Shown: positions 28,265 through 38,526, counted from the whole stretch's first letter. The stretch: 63,699 nt of DNA, filler included, from an uncultured bacterium (GCA_964448115.1; 3 parts of 3 records of this genome joined end to end with filler, not necessarily neighbours in it); one strand, 5' to 3'. Made by a program: numbers and translations. Notes: generated by a model not told the origin, from the letters alone.

Positions 28265-29380
28265 ATGAAGAAGTCTTTGATCGTAAGGGTTCCTGGCAGG
28301 ATCAACCTCATCGGTGAACATACCGACTACAGCCTCGGTCTGGTTCTCCCTGCTGCAATCAACCGCTACCTCAAGTTCACCCTGAGCGAGAAGCAGCGCA
28401 AAACGATGAAGCTAAAGGCGATCGATCTCGACGAGGTCATCGAGGTTTCGCTATCCTCTAACATTCCACGCAACCAGAATATTTGGTCTAACTATGTCTT
28501 GGGGATCTATTTCCAGATGATCCGTGGCGGACCACCCATAGGTCTCGATGCATCGATCTCCAGCGAGATTCCCATTGGTGCCGGCTTGAGCAGCTCGGCG
28601 GCGCTTATCGTTGCCGCCGGCTTATCGTTCATGAAGTTCTTCAACCTTGAGATTGATGATCTTAATTTCATGCGACTCTGCCGCCAGGCGGAAATGAGAT
28701 ACACCGGCGTGCAGTGCGGTATAATGGACTACTTCGGGGTTTTCCTGGCAAAGGCGAACCATGCTTTGTTCCTCGATTGCAGCACCCTCGAATTCGCACA
28801 TATACCGCTAAACTTCGAGAAGAATAATGTCAAAATCCTAGTGATAGATAGCCGCATCAAGCGCGAACTTACCAGCAGTAATTACAACGTGCGCCAAAAC
28901 GAATGCGCCAAGGCAATTGAAATATTAAATGCAAAAGGTTACCAGATCGAACACCCCAGCATGATCAAGGAAACACAACTAGGGTTTATACAAGATATTC
29001 TACCTGAAGAACTCTACAAGCGGATGAAGCATGTGGTTACCGAGAACCTGCGCGTCAAGGAAGCGGTGGCTGCGCTCAATCGAAAAGACCTGCAAACACT
29101 CGGCAACCTGATCAGGAAATCCCATGAGAGCCTGAGCCATGATTACAAGGTGAGCATCCCGGAGATCGATCACATCGTCGAGATCGCCAATGAACACCCA
29201 GGTGTGCTAGGCGCGAGGATCATGGGTGGAGGCTTCGGAGGAGCTGCCCTTTGTCTAGCTTATGAGGATGCCGTGGAGGAACTGTCCAGCATTATGGAGG
29301 AGAAATATTACAAGCCAAAGGAGCTTGAGCCTGGCATCTACGACCTGGAAGTGGTTGACGGAGCCAAGTACTTCAACTAG
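28265..29380 (+). CDS. galK: Galactokinase
   Basis: PGRINLIGEHTDY, PIGAGLSSSAA, CGIMD, YNVRQNEC, GARIMGGGFGG. Confidence 0.95.
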   Translation: MKKSLIVRVPGRINLIGEHTDYSLGLVLPAAINRYLKFTLSEKQRKTMKLKAIDLDEVIEVSLSSNIPRNQNIWSNYVLGIYFQMIRGGPPIGLDASISSEIPIGAGLSSSAALIVAAGLSFMKFFNLEIDDLNFMRLCRQAEMRYTGVQCGIMDYFGVFLAKANHALFLDCSTLEFAHIPLNFEKNNVKILVIDSRIKRELTSSNYNVRQNECAKAIEILNAKGYQIEHPSMIKETQLGFIQDILPEELYKRMKHVVTENLRVKEAVAALNRKDLQTLGNLIRKSHESLSHDYKVSIPEIDHIVEIANEHPGVLGARIMGGGFGGAALCLAYEDAVEELSSIMEEKYYKPKELEPGIYDLEVVDGAKYFN

Positions 29381-29401
29381 GCTCTAACTTGCTAAGCGAG
29401 G

Positions 29402-29944
29402 TTAGCAATCGAAATCGCAAGGCGCCTTGGAAACGAGATCACCATCAACAATTCCATTGCAGGTGCATTCTATCGCTTCACCTAGATAAATGCCATTGAG
29501 ATTCACGGTTGCTGTTCCCTGGAACTCTCCGCTGTCCGATAATACAATCTCGGCGCTGATACGAAGGGTTATAACCGGATCCTCAAGAGCCAAAGTACCC
29601 TCGATGTTTACATTACCATTGTCGTAGTTTCCCTGAACAGGAAATCGGTAGCATTCTGAGCTTGGCAGTTCCGATTGCACCTGAATGTACCCGCTTACCA
29701 GGTTTCCATCGATATCCAGCTCTAGAAGCCCCTCATAGGCGATTATAACCAGGATCAGAATCCGACATTGATCGCTTCCCTGGCAGTTATTCAATACGAA
29801 TTCGTAGTCATAACAACCAAACGGTATCGGCACAACATCATCATCTTCATCTTCTTCATAACAACCGATGGGCAAGAAGGCTGTAAGCAAGATAACAATT
29901 ATCAGTGTTTTCAAGATCGATCTCCTCATTTCATCTCTCCTCAA
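29402..29944 (-). CDS. Hypothetical Cys-rich lipoprotein
   Basis: Basic N-terminus, hydrophobic core, LPIG-C lipobox-like motif, acidic linker, beta-rich body. Confidence 0.65.
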   Translation of the reverse strand: MRRDEMRRSILKTLIIVILLTAFLPIGCYEEDEDDDVVPIPFGCYDYEFVLNNCQGSDQCRILILVIIAYEGLLELDIDGNLVSGYIQVQSELPSSECYRFPVQGNYDNGNVNIEGTLALEDPVITLRISAEIVLSDSGEFQGTATVNLNGIYLGEAIECTCNGIVDGDLVSKAPCDFDC

Positions 29945-29990
29945 ATGATAACTTCAATCAAATAAACGAACAAGCAGCGAATCAATAAAT

Positions 29991-32900
29991 CTATGGATAT
30001 ACGATAAGATATGGCCAGGGATTCCCCTGAATGCCGCCTAGAAATGGCATCAGCTCCAGGTTGAATGTCTCGCTGAAAGGCAGGGTGAATCCCTCGATGC
30101 GCAGGTAGAAGACGCGCTCGAACTGCTCGCTCGGCTCCAGAAAGAGACCAGTCGGCGACCCCTGGTAATAAACCTTAACACCCATTGAGCTTATCCAGGA
30201 GCCAATCGACTCGTATTCACCCACCTGGCAATAAAGTTCCATAGTGTCAGGCACACCCCGCACCAACCGGGTTGACATGTATCCAGCGAACTCAATAAAG
30301 GGGCATTGCACCGCGCTGGTAGCAGTCGCTGTCGGAGTTACATAAGGGGGCATGGTGGCAGTTGGTGTATCGGTGGGGTGATCGGTCGGCGTAGCGCTCG
30401 CTGTCGGCGTAACTGAAGGCGCGATGCTTGGAGTTGCCGTCGGCGTCGTTGTCGGAGTCAATCGCCAGGGAAGACCCGGAACGGAAGCCTCCTGTGCATA
30501 AGGACCGCTTAGATAATCATCCCAATACCCCCTATCCTCAATGTAGGTATAGGCGAAGCTCGATTGACCGGGAAGACCCTTGGATCGCACATAAGCGATC
30601 TCATCAGCTATCTCGCTGAAGTCTTCATAGTTGCAGCTCATCCCCGGATAGATGTGTCTCCCATAAGCCCTGTCTGCATAGAAATCGACCAGAACATCGA
30701 AGTAGGGCGGGCTGCCTCCGATTGACCAATATATCATGGGGGTTATTGCATCGATCATGCCGCCCCGCAGCCAGTCGATCGAGTCCTGGTAGTAATCATA
30801 ATAAGCCTCGGCAGCTCCCCAACCCCAGAGATCCTGATATACACCGACCACAGCGGCGCTAAGCGTAACCTGGCGGGGTAGGCTAAGGATATCGCTGTAA
30901 ATCTGGCTCACCACATCGCCAAGTATCCAGCGCTGAAAATCATCCCAGGGCAGCGACTGTGGATTATCATTGACGAAGCGATCCAGAGTCCAGGCATCGT
31001 AAGAATAAACGCTCGAAGGATAGCGTATATAATCGAGGTGAATGCCATCAACCAGATAATAGGTTGTTATCTCGTTGATGACCATACGCAAGTGCTGTAT
31101 GTACTCGGGGATTCCTGGGCTGAAGAAGACATAGCCGCTATTCAGTTGCATCCTCTGCCCCTGATCATCGACGCAGAGCCATTCCGGGTGCGCGTTGTAC
31201 AGGTGCGGAGGCTCGCACGGTGGCGGAGGTGTGGTGCCGCTCCAGCAGGTCATGGCGTTTACCCAGGCGTGAAGCTCGATGCCGTTGATATGCGCCTCCT
31301 CAATGGCCACCATCAGCGGATCCCAGCCGGGATGTTGCCCCAAAGTGCCGCTCAGCTCCGCTGCCCACGGCTCGTAGCTGCTGTCGTAGAAGGCATCCGC
31401 CCTCCCCCTGACCTGGAAGAAGACTACATTGAAGTTGTGCTGGGCAGCCTTTTGGATGATGCTGCGCACATCGGACTCGGTGCTGTAGTTCCACCTGGTT
31501 ACCCACAGGGCGCGGAACTCCTCGCTCGGTTGAGAAGGGGTTTCGGTCGGAGAGGCAGTGAATGTCTCGGTTGGTGTAAGTGTCGGCGTTCTGCTCGGTG
31601 TAAAGGTGGGCGCATCAGTTGGACTGCTAGTCGGCGTTCTGCTCGCCGTATATGTAGGTGCTCCTGTTGGAGTACGGGTAGGCGACAAGGTCGGCGTCCT
31701 GGTTGGCGTATAGGTAATAAAAGGCGTATCCGTTGATGTTGATGAGGCTGTGGGTGTCCTGGTTGCTGTACGAGTTGGTGTTCTGGTGGGTGTGCGTGTG
31801 GGAGTCGGGCTTACCCCGCTTATGCGAACGAACTTGGCAGCAGCGGTTCGCAGCACCCCGGAGGTCGCATTCCCTCGATTATGCTCCACTTTACCGGCAG
31901 TCCCCGTGTTGAAGTAGTATCTTCCAAGGTAAACCCATGTATCTTGAAGCTCCTCAAGCTGATCGATATAGTGGTCGCTAGTGCCCCCTGCATGGTGCAC
32001 CCTGTACAGCACATCGTTCAAGCCGACGCTCCCCCAGGCAACATAGAGATCGTAATCCCCTGCAACCGATATATTCGGCTGATAGTACGCTGATCTTCCG
32101 CCATAGACCGCGCTTGTCCATCGAGTTCCGCTTGCGATGCAGCCTTGCGCGGTGCAGATCGAAGTGGTGCTATCCGCCCAGGTGCCGCTCTCGGAGTACC
32201 AGACATTGTTATGCCCATCCGGATAGCTCTCAATGATGATCGTCTCCTGGGGGATAGGAGTGTTGGTCGGTGTCGGCGTTGGTTCACCTCCATGCAGACG
32301 CTCATAGACCGCATCGCGAAGCCACCCGCTACTAGGATCGCTACCAATGTACCCATAAAGTATATCCCCTGGGCATGCAGTTGCGCCGACATCGCGATGT
32401 CCATAGATAGTCCTCATATTATCGCCATAGTTCCTGTAATAGTCCATACCATAAGGATCGATAGTATCGGTTACATGTCCAGCCATCCAGGCGAAGAGAT
32501 CAGCCAGGGAATTAAGCATGGCGCTGGTCGGCTGGTGATTGTATGGCGGATGAAAGTACCCCATGCAGGAAATGCCCATGGAGTCGCAGTTATATCCATC
32601 ATGTGCACCCCTGACATAGTCTCCCCCGTAACGCCCCTCAAAGATATGACCATGCTTACAGAATAGGTAATTATAACCAATGTCGCTCCAGCCGTTGTGA
32701 TCCATGTGGTAGTCCTGATGCGCTCGCACCCGAGCCTTGCACTGTTCGAGCGTCTCCGCGTTCCAGTCCGAGGGGGCTGCGGTGTGGTGAACGCACAGGT
32801 GGGTGGTCTCATAGCAGTAACTTGGTGAGCCGTTCATCGGTCTAGCGCCCCACTCGCTGCGGGATATAACCGGCGGCTTGGGGTAGATGTCCTTGGACAA

Positions 32901-33467
32901 ATCCGATGGCTTCACGGTAGGCTCCGCCCCCCCTTTGTATGGCTTGGTGCTATCGAAGAACAGGATGCTCAGCCGTTGCAACTCCAAGGGCATCGGTTCT
33001 GCGTTTATCCGGAGCCTTATCGAGTCATATACCGCCTCATTCATGGTCAGCAGGGTTGAAGCTGTGCCGCCATGGAAAGGATTGCGCCTGCCATCAGGAT
33101 AGGTTGGCGAGATCTCATCATCGTTGAGGGGAAGCTCCTTCCAGTCGGTGTAACCACCTTTCCTGCCCAGCGAGACCTCGATGATATAAGAACGCTCACC
33201 GGTGATCCCTGGAAGCCAGTTTATTGCCAGGGCATTGAACTTGCTCGGCGATACAATTTCAAGCAGATGCTCGCCTTCCTTGAGGGTAAGGGGTTTGATG
33301 AGTATGACCTTCTCGTAATCGCCAGCCTTCTCGATATCCTCCCTTACCCGCTGTCCAGGCTCGCTATCGAAGATATGCACCACAGCCACTGTCCTTGCCA
33401 GACAGACGCTGATAAAGGATAATGAAACCAAGAAAGATATTGCTAATATGACCCCTAGCTTCCTCAT
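29991..33467 (-). CDS. Secreted multidomain peptidoglycan hydrolase: amidase_2 (PGRP-like), golvesin/CBD-like domain, PT linker, GHL10 (DigH/YddW-like), PT linker, C-terminal WPYL domain
   Basis: ISRSEWGA, VHHTA, WSDIGYN, EGR and GHRD...ACPG. EFRALWV, FQVRGRADAFY, ELHAW, VDGIHLDYIRYP and PMIY. Confidence 0.85.
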   Translation of the reverse strand: MRKLGVILAISFLVSLSFISVCLARTVAVVHIFDSEPGQRVREDIEKAGDYEKVILIKPLTLKEGEHLLEIVSPSKFNALAINWLPGITGERSYIIEVSLGRKGGYTDWKELPLNDDEISPTYPDGRRNPFHGGTASTLLTMNEAVYDSIRLRINAEPMPLELQRLSILFFDSTKPYKGGAEPTVKPSDLSKDIYPKPPVISRSEWGARPMNGSPSYCYETTHLCVHHTAAPSDWNAETLEQCKARVRAHQDYHMDHNGWSDIGYNYLFCKHGHIFEGRYGGDYVRGAHDGYNCDSMGISCMGYFHPPYNHQPTSAMLNSLADLFAWMAGHVTDTIDPYGMDYYRNYGDNMRTIYGHRDVGATACPGDILYGYIGSDPSSGWLRDAVYERLHGGEPTPTPTNTPIPQETIIIESYPDGHNNVWYSESGTWADSTTSICTAQGCIASGTRWTSAVYGGRSAYYQPNISVAGDYDLYVAWGSVGLNDVLYRVHHAGGTSDHYIDQLEELQDTWVYLGRYYFNTGTAGKVEHNRGNATSGVLRTAAAKFVRISGVSPTPTRTPTRTPTRTATRTPTASSTSTDTPFITYTPTRTPTLSPTRTPTGAPTYTASRTPTSSPTDAPTFTPSRTPTLTPTETFTASPTETPSQPSEEFRALWVTRWNYSTESDVRSIIQKAAQHNFNVVFFQVRGRADAFYDSSYEPWAAELSGTLGQHPGWDPLMVAIEEAHINGIELHAWVNAMTCWSGTTPPPPCEPPHLYNAHPEWLCVDDQGQRMQLNSGYVFFSPGIPEYIQHLRMVINEITTYYLVDGIHLDYIRYPSSVYSYDAWTLDRFVNDNPQSLPWDDFQRWILGDVVSQIYSDILSLPRQVTLSAAVVGVYQDLWGWGAAEAYYDYYQDSIDWLRGGMIDAITPMIYWSIGGSPPYFDVLVDFYADRAYGRHIYPGMSCNYEDFSEIADEIAYVRSKGLPGQSSFAYTYIEDRGYWDDYLSGPYAQEASVPGLPWRLTPTTTPTATPSIAPSVTPTASATPTDHPTDTPTATMPPYVTPTATATSAVQCPFIEFAGYMSTRLVRGVPDTMELYCQVGEYESIGSWISSMGVKVYYQGSPTGLFLEPSEQFERVFYLRIEGFTLPFSETFNLELMPFLGGIQGNPWPYLIVYP

Positions 33468-33558
33468 CTATTTAAGTACCTTTCGACCTTGTAATATTTT
33501 AACCCTATAAGCAGCTAAAATCAAGCAATGACGAAGTAGTTTATTTCCATGCGGAGGC

Positions 33559-34158
33559 TTATTTCAAAAAGTGTGAGAGGATGAAATCTCGTGCTGCCCT
33601 GAAGGCTATCGCACGATGGCTGATGCGATTCTTGATATCTAAACCTAGCTCGGCAAAGGTCTGGTCATACCCATCGGGGATGAAGATGGGATCGTAACCG
33701 AAGCCGCTGCCTCCCCGCGGTTCATTTGAAATATGTCCCTTTACCACCCCTAGGAATACCTTACGAATGTTTGATTCTGGATGTACAAAGCCTACAGCGC
33801 AGCGAAATGAGGCTGAGCGGTCTTTGCCAGTTAGCTTGCCTAGCTTTTCGAGGATATACTCATTTTTCGTCTCATCTTTAGCCTCATCACCAAGGAACCT
33901 GGCGGAATAGACACCAGGAAAGCCATCGAGTGCATCAACGAAGATGCCAGAGTCATCGGATATGGCGGGAAGGTTAGCCAGCAATGCCACCTGGTCAGCC
34001 TTGCTTAGCGCATTAGCTTCTATGGTCGTCTCATCCTCGATTAGCTCAATATCCAATCCGAGCTGATCCAATCCCGTTATCGAGATCCTTGAACCAGCGA
34101 AGATATCATTCACCTCTTTTAGCTTGTTCAAGTTGTTGCTGGCAAGGACTATTTCCAT
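33559..34158 (-). CDS. rdgB: Non-canonical purine NTP pyrophosphatase (RdgB/HAM1)
   Basis: LASNNLNKLKE, DDSG, PGVYSARF, GFGYDPIF, KNRISHR. True start MEIVLAS at 34158. Confidence 0.95.
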   Translation of the reverse strand: MEIVLASNNLNKLKEVNDIFAGSRISITGLDQLGLDIELIEDETTIEANALSKADQVALLANLPAISDDSGIFVDALDGFPGVYSARFLGDEAKDETKNEYILEKLGKLTGKDRSASFRCAVGFVHPESNIRKVFLGVVKGHISNEPRGGSGFGYDPIFIPDGYDQTFAELGLDIKNRISHRAIAFRAARDFILSHFLK

Positions 34159-34189
34159 TTGAAAAATAAAATAGTATAATTGTATCCAA

Positions 34190-34975
34190 ATGACAAGTAA
34201 CCGTAAGCTAAAATATGTATTGACCATCGCTGGTTCCGACCCCTCGTGCGGCGCGGGCATTCAGATGGACCTGGCAGTCTTCAGGCACCTGGGATTGCAC
34301 GGTTTATCAGTTACCACCGCGGAGACCATTCAGAACACTCGTGGCGTCTATGGTTTGACCTGTATTCCTGGTCAGCAGGTCAGGGAGGCTGTCAAACGAT
34401 TGCTTGAAGACTTCGAGCTTTCTGCAATAAAGATAGGGATGCTCGGCGATGGAGAGATAGTGCTCTGCCTATCTGAACTGCTCAAGGGGATGAATACGCC
34501 GATAGTGTTCGACCCGGTGCTTAAAAGCAGCAACGGATACCTGCTGCTCGACTACAAGGGCATAGAGTTTATGAAGAACCACCTGATGCCATTGGTCGAG
34601 CTGTTCTGTCCTAATATCCCCGAACTTGTCGCCCTGACCGGCATGAATATCAAGAGCGAGAGGGATATCGATCGCGCTGCCAAACGGCTTCTCGATGCTG
34701 GTGCCAAGAATATCCTAGTCAAAGGCGGGCATCGCCAGGACGATTCGGCAGACATCCTATATAAAGAGGGTGAAAAGACGGTGTTTCCCTTCGAGCGCCT
34801 AGAGGGCTACGATGTGCATGGAACTGGCTGCACCATGTCGAGCCTCATCGCTGGGCAAATGGCTTTGGGATTTGACCTTAAGGAGAGCATTCGTTTTGCT
34901 CAACAGGTCATCCAGCAAAAGATAAAGGATGCGGTCAAGATCGGCAAAGGGGAGCGGTTTTATCTAAGATTCTGA
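34190..34975 (+). CDS. thiD: Hydroxymethylpyrimidine/phosphomethylpyrimidine kinase
   Basis: LTIAGSDPSCGAGIQMDL, KIGML, DPV, PNIPE, KGGH, HGTGC. Confidence 0.93.
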   Translation: MTSNRKLKYVLTIAGSDPSCGAGIQMDLAVFRHLGLHGLSVTTAETIQNTRGVYGLTCIPGQQVREAVKRLLEDFELSAIKIGMLGDGEIVLCLSELLKGMNTPIVFDPVLKSSNGYLLLDYKGIEFMKNHLMPLVELFCPNIPELVALTGMNIKSERDIDRAAKRLLDAGAKNILVKGGHRQDDSADILYKEGEKTVFPFERLEGYDVHGTGCTMSSLIAGQMALGFDLKESIRFAQQVIQQKIKDAVKIGKGERFYLRF

Positions 34976-34981
34976 GAATGA

Positions 34982-36340
34982 TCAGCACAGCTTTTCCAGT
35001 AGAGCTGCAAAGAACCCGCATCGCTTGTGTTTGAACGGTAAACACAGAACCTGCCCCTTTGAATCGAGAAGACCCTTTATACCTTTATTAAATTCATTTA
35101 TTAGTATCTTTGTCAATGCAAAGGACTTATTCTTTTTCATGAAATCTTTAATCACAGAGGTCGTTTCCTCTGGCTCGAATGTACAAGCCGAATAAAGCAG
35201 CTTCCCACCAGGCTTCAGGTATCGAGCATTTACATCAAGCAACCTTGATTGGAGCCGGGCAAACTTGTCTATATCATCCGGCATGCGCCTCCACCTGATG
35301 TCTGGGTGTCGTTGTACCACGCCGAGATTAGAGCAAGGTACATCCAAGAGTATGCGATCGAACCTGCTGATAAAATCTTCCCTGGGCTCTGCGGAGTCGC
35401 CTACTATCAGCTCTATATCGGGTATGCCAAATACCTGCAAGTTCTTCCTTAATAACTCGATGCGCTGTTGCGAGATATCCATGGCGGTGATCCTGGCTTT
35501 CCCCTGTGTAATGATCGACATCAGCATAGTTTTCCCACCCGGAGCCGCACAGGCATCTAGCACATCCACATAGCCATCAAGGTCGAGCAGAAAAGGGATG
35601 GACATGGATAGCTCGTTCTGCGGATAAATGAACCCCGGCTCGACAGATGCAATCTCCATAAGATCAGGTAGTCTCGACTGGCTGACCAGTCCGATGGGGC
35701 AAAGCTCGCTTCGTATGAGCTTAAGCTTATTCTTGAAGTTGGTATAGAAATCCCTCGCATCTTTATGTCTCGGATTTACCCAGAAGCTAAGTGGAGGCTT
35801 GCTATTGTTAAATTCCATGATTGCACGACAGTTCCTCGTTCCATAAGCTTTCTTGTAACGCTTGACCAGCCACTGGGGATGCGAGTACATGATTGACATT
35901 CCATGGATGGTTCTGTTGTTAACTTGTATGAAGAGGTCTTTCTTTTTATTTTTTGCTATGTTTCTAAGCAAGCCATTAGCGAACTTGCGCCATTTGGGAT
36001 TGACCAGTCCAGCCAGGTTGGTGCCCTCGTTCACCGCAGCATAGTCAGGCACCTTGTCCATGTATAATATCTGGTAGATACTCAGGCGAAGTATATTTTT
36101 TAGCCTATAATCGAGATGATGGTATCTTATGTTTGAAAACTCCCTGATAAGGTAGTCCAGCTTGCCTCGTTGGCGCATGATCCCCCACAGGATCTCGTAA
36201 AGAAACCCTATATCCCTTGCATCAAGGTTTGCCTTGCTTATCGCCTCTGCAACCAGGTTATCTAGTGATCGATCCTCAGATTGTAATCTGCAAAGCACCT
36301 CAAAGGCAAACCTCCTCGAATCGGTCGGCTTATCGCTCAT
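34982..36340 (-). CDS. rsmB: 16S rRNA m5C967 methyltransferase
   Basis: NusB-like N-terminus, SHPQWL, DACAAPGGKT, DVPCS, YSACT. Lies downstream of fmt. Confidence 0.92.
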   Translation of the reverse strand: MSDKPTDSRRFAFEVLCRLQSEDRSLDNLVAEAISKANLDARDIGFLYEILWGIMRQRGKLDYLIREFSNIRYHHLDYRLKNILRLSIYQILYMDKVPDYAAVNEGTNLAGLVNPKWRKFANGLLRNIAKNKKKDLFIQVNNRTIHGMSIMYSHPQWLVKRYKKAYGTRNCRAIMEFNNSKPPLSFWVNPRHKDARDFYTNFKNKLKLIRSELCPIGLVSQSRLPDLMEIASVEPGFIYPQNELSMSIPFLLDLDGYVDVLDACAAPGGKTMLMSIITQGKARITAMDISQQRIELLRKNLQVFGIPDIELIVGDSAEPREDFISRFDRILLDVPCSNLGVVQRHPDIRWRRMPDDIDKFARLQSRLLDVNARYLKPGGKLLYSACTFEPEETTSVIKDFMKKNKSFALTKILINEFNKGIKGLLDSKGQVLCLPFKHKRCGFFAALLEKLC

Positions 36341-37307
36341 TTCCAGCTCCAGGCTCGAAGCATTGGCCAATCTTATCCCTATAGCCGCACAAAAACTGTT
36401 TAGCTTCCATCTCACGCCTGCCCTCGGGCTGGAACCTGGTGATCTTGATTATTCCCTTTCCGCAGTGCACCCAAAGCTCATTTTTCGGGCAGTCGATGCA
36501 GAATCTCCCCGGCGTTCCCTCGATTGAGTCATAATCGAGTATCTCCACCGCGCATATCCGCAGCCTCATCCCTTTTATGAAGGTATGGGTGCCCGGCCAT
36601 GGGTTCAATCCCCGCACTCGGTTATATATCTGCTCGGCGCTCAATTGCCAGTTGATCAGTCCATCCTCCTTTTTCAGTAGCGGGTAATAGGTCGCCTCCT
36701 GGTCGTTTTGCGGCTTGGGCTTGATCTGCCCACTGGGGAGTTTATCAAGTACCTCGATTAGCAGGTCAGCTCCCTCGATGGCGATCTTCTCAGTCAGGGA
36801 CTCGACAGTATCGGTATCTTCAATATCGATCGCTTTTTTTGCCAGGATGGGACCAGTATCAAGCCCTTCATCCATGAGCATTATGGTTACACCGGTCTGT
36901 TTCTCCCCATTTATCAGCGCCCAGTTCACCGGCGCTCCCCCGCGATACTTAGGCAGAAGCGATGCATGTACATTGATACACCCATAACGAGGGATATCGA
37001 GCACCTCCTGGGGAAGGATCAATCCATAGGCAGCAACCACAATAGCATCAGGCTCCAGGTTACGCAGTAGTTGAAAAACCTCCCGGTTTTTACGCAATCG
37101 CTTTGGTTGATGGACAGGTAATCCCTCTTGAATTGCAAGGACCTTGACCGGCGAAGAAGCGATCCCCCTTCCTCTCCCTTTCGGCTTATCCGGTTGAGTA
37201 AAGACGGCAGTTGGCTTATAACCACCTTTCATTAAGCCTTGAAGGACCAGCACCGCATAGCGTGGAGTGCCCATGAATACTATATTCTCCAGCTTACTCA
37301 TCATCAA
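36330..37307 (-). CDS. fmt: Methionyl-tRNA formyltransferase
   Basis: FMGTP, TQPDKPKGRG, INVHASLLPKYRGGAP, GLDTG, NPWPG. Confidence 0.97.
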   Translation of the reverse strand: MMMSKLENIVFMGTPRYAVLVLQGLMKGGYKPTAVFTQPDKPKGRGRGIASSPVKVLAIQEGLPVHQPKRLRKNREVFQLLRNLEPDAIVVAAYGLILPQEVLDIPRYGCINVHASLLPKYRGGAPVNWALINGEKQTGVTIMLMDEGLDTGPILAKKAIDIEDTDTVESLTEKIAIEGADLLIEVLDKLPSGQIKPKPQNDQEATYYPLLKKEDGLINWQLSAEQIYNRVRGLNPWPGTHTFIKGMRLRICAVEILDYDSIEGTPGRFCIDCPKNELWVHCGKGIIKITRFQPEGRREMEAKQFLCGYRDKIGQCFEPGAGNER

Positions 37308-37370
37308 TTCCTTTTACCGTAGTAAATTAGCACAACGCCCTTCATGCCTGGTGAGAGGTTACCGCAGGGC

Positions 37371-38396
37371 TTACCTTTTTATAAGCCGACTAACTAAATG
37401 GTATCCGAGCAGGCTCTCTCCTAGAAAGGGCTTGAGATTCTCTAACGGGATGCCAAGCAGCGTGGGGCGGGTTATGCGATCGCAGCCCCAGCAAAGCTCG
37501 CGCTCCCTCTGCCGACCTTGATTCATTATGGAACGAAGCTCCTGGTAAGCCTCACCATTCCAGATTTCGGGGAATCGATATTGGTTGAGGTCGCCCATCT
37601 TCATCTCTCCATACCAGTCCTGCGGGCATGGACATACCGTGCCGTCCCAGAGCACAACCGATGCGTACCAGGGGAATGTGCAACGGGATCTCTTAAGGCT
37701 GTCATCTACCTGTTGCGGATCTTCCATGAAATCGTTTATCTTGACATTCCCTGCCCAAGAATGTGGCTTTTTTATGTAAAACTTGTCCACCGGCAAGCCT
37801 TTGAATCTTGCCATGAAGGCTTCCTTCTGCTCAGTTTTATACTTGTCTCTTATTGTCTCGATGACCTGGATGATGGTGTAGGGACCCTTGTTTTTCCTCG
37901 CCTTCATTTCCAGAAAACGGACAATATTGCATACCACCATCTCATAGTCTGATCCTCTCCTTATCGCCTCGTAGCCTTCTTTATCAAAGCCGTCAAAGGA
38001 GAAGCTGAGCAGGCTGAGTCCGCTGTCGATGAGCATCTCGCTTTTCTCGGCATCGAGCATGGTTGCGTTGGTGTGGATGCGGGTGGCGATGCCCTTGTTT
38101 TCTGCATAAGAGATGAACTCGTATAACTGCGGGTGAAACAGAGGTTCCCCGCGGTGGCTCAGGTTGATATCATAGGCGTATCTCTGGATATCATCGATCA
38201 GCCGCCGGTATATCTCAATGTCCATCAATCCCCTGATGCTCGTGTTATCGGCGCTGTTGGGGCAAAGGACGCAGGAGAGGTTACACTTGTTGGTGGTCTC
38301 TATCCAGTAGCGAAACGGCAGATATCCAAGGTGAAACCTTTTTAGCATAAAGCCAACGAATATCCTTGCCAACCTGGCTGTCCTTTTAAGCATCAT
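37371..38396 (-). CDS. Radical SAM protein with SPASM/twitch domain
   Basis: ETTNKCNLSCVLC, GEP, SFDG, CTFPW...CPQD...CWGC. Confidence 0.9.
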   Translation of the reverse strand: MMLKRTARLARIFVGFMLKRFHLGYLPFRYWIETTNKCNLSCVLCPNSADNTSIRGLMDIEIYRRLIDDIQRYAYDINLSHRGEPLFHPQLYEFISYAENKGIATRIHTNATMLDAEKSEMLIDSGLSLLSFSFDGFDKEGYEAIRRGSDYEMVVCNIVRFLEMKARKNKGPYTIIQVIETIRDKYKTEQKEAFMARFKGLPVDKFYIKKPHSWAGNVKINDFMEDPQQVDDSLKRSRCTFPWYASVVLWDGTVCPCPQDWYGEMKMGDLNQYRFPEIWNGEAYQELRSIMNQGRQRERELCWGCDRITRPTLLGIPLENLKPFLGESLLGYHLVSRLIKR

Positions 38397-38526
38397 CCTG
38401 CCTTTGCTTAATAATATACTGCCTCTACGATTAATGACAAGCAGCAAACAGGGCAGAAACTCAGCGAGGCGTCTGATATGCGCCTTGCCATTTTTACTTT
38501 AATTACGGAAGAAAAGCCTTCCTTCA

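Noticed and set aside
29991-30305. WPYL tail as a T9SS CTD, PEP-CTERM or LPXTG signal
   Set aside because: It lacks the YPNP and KxxK motifs and has no TM helix or basic tail.
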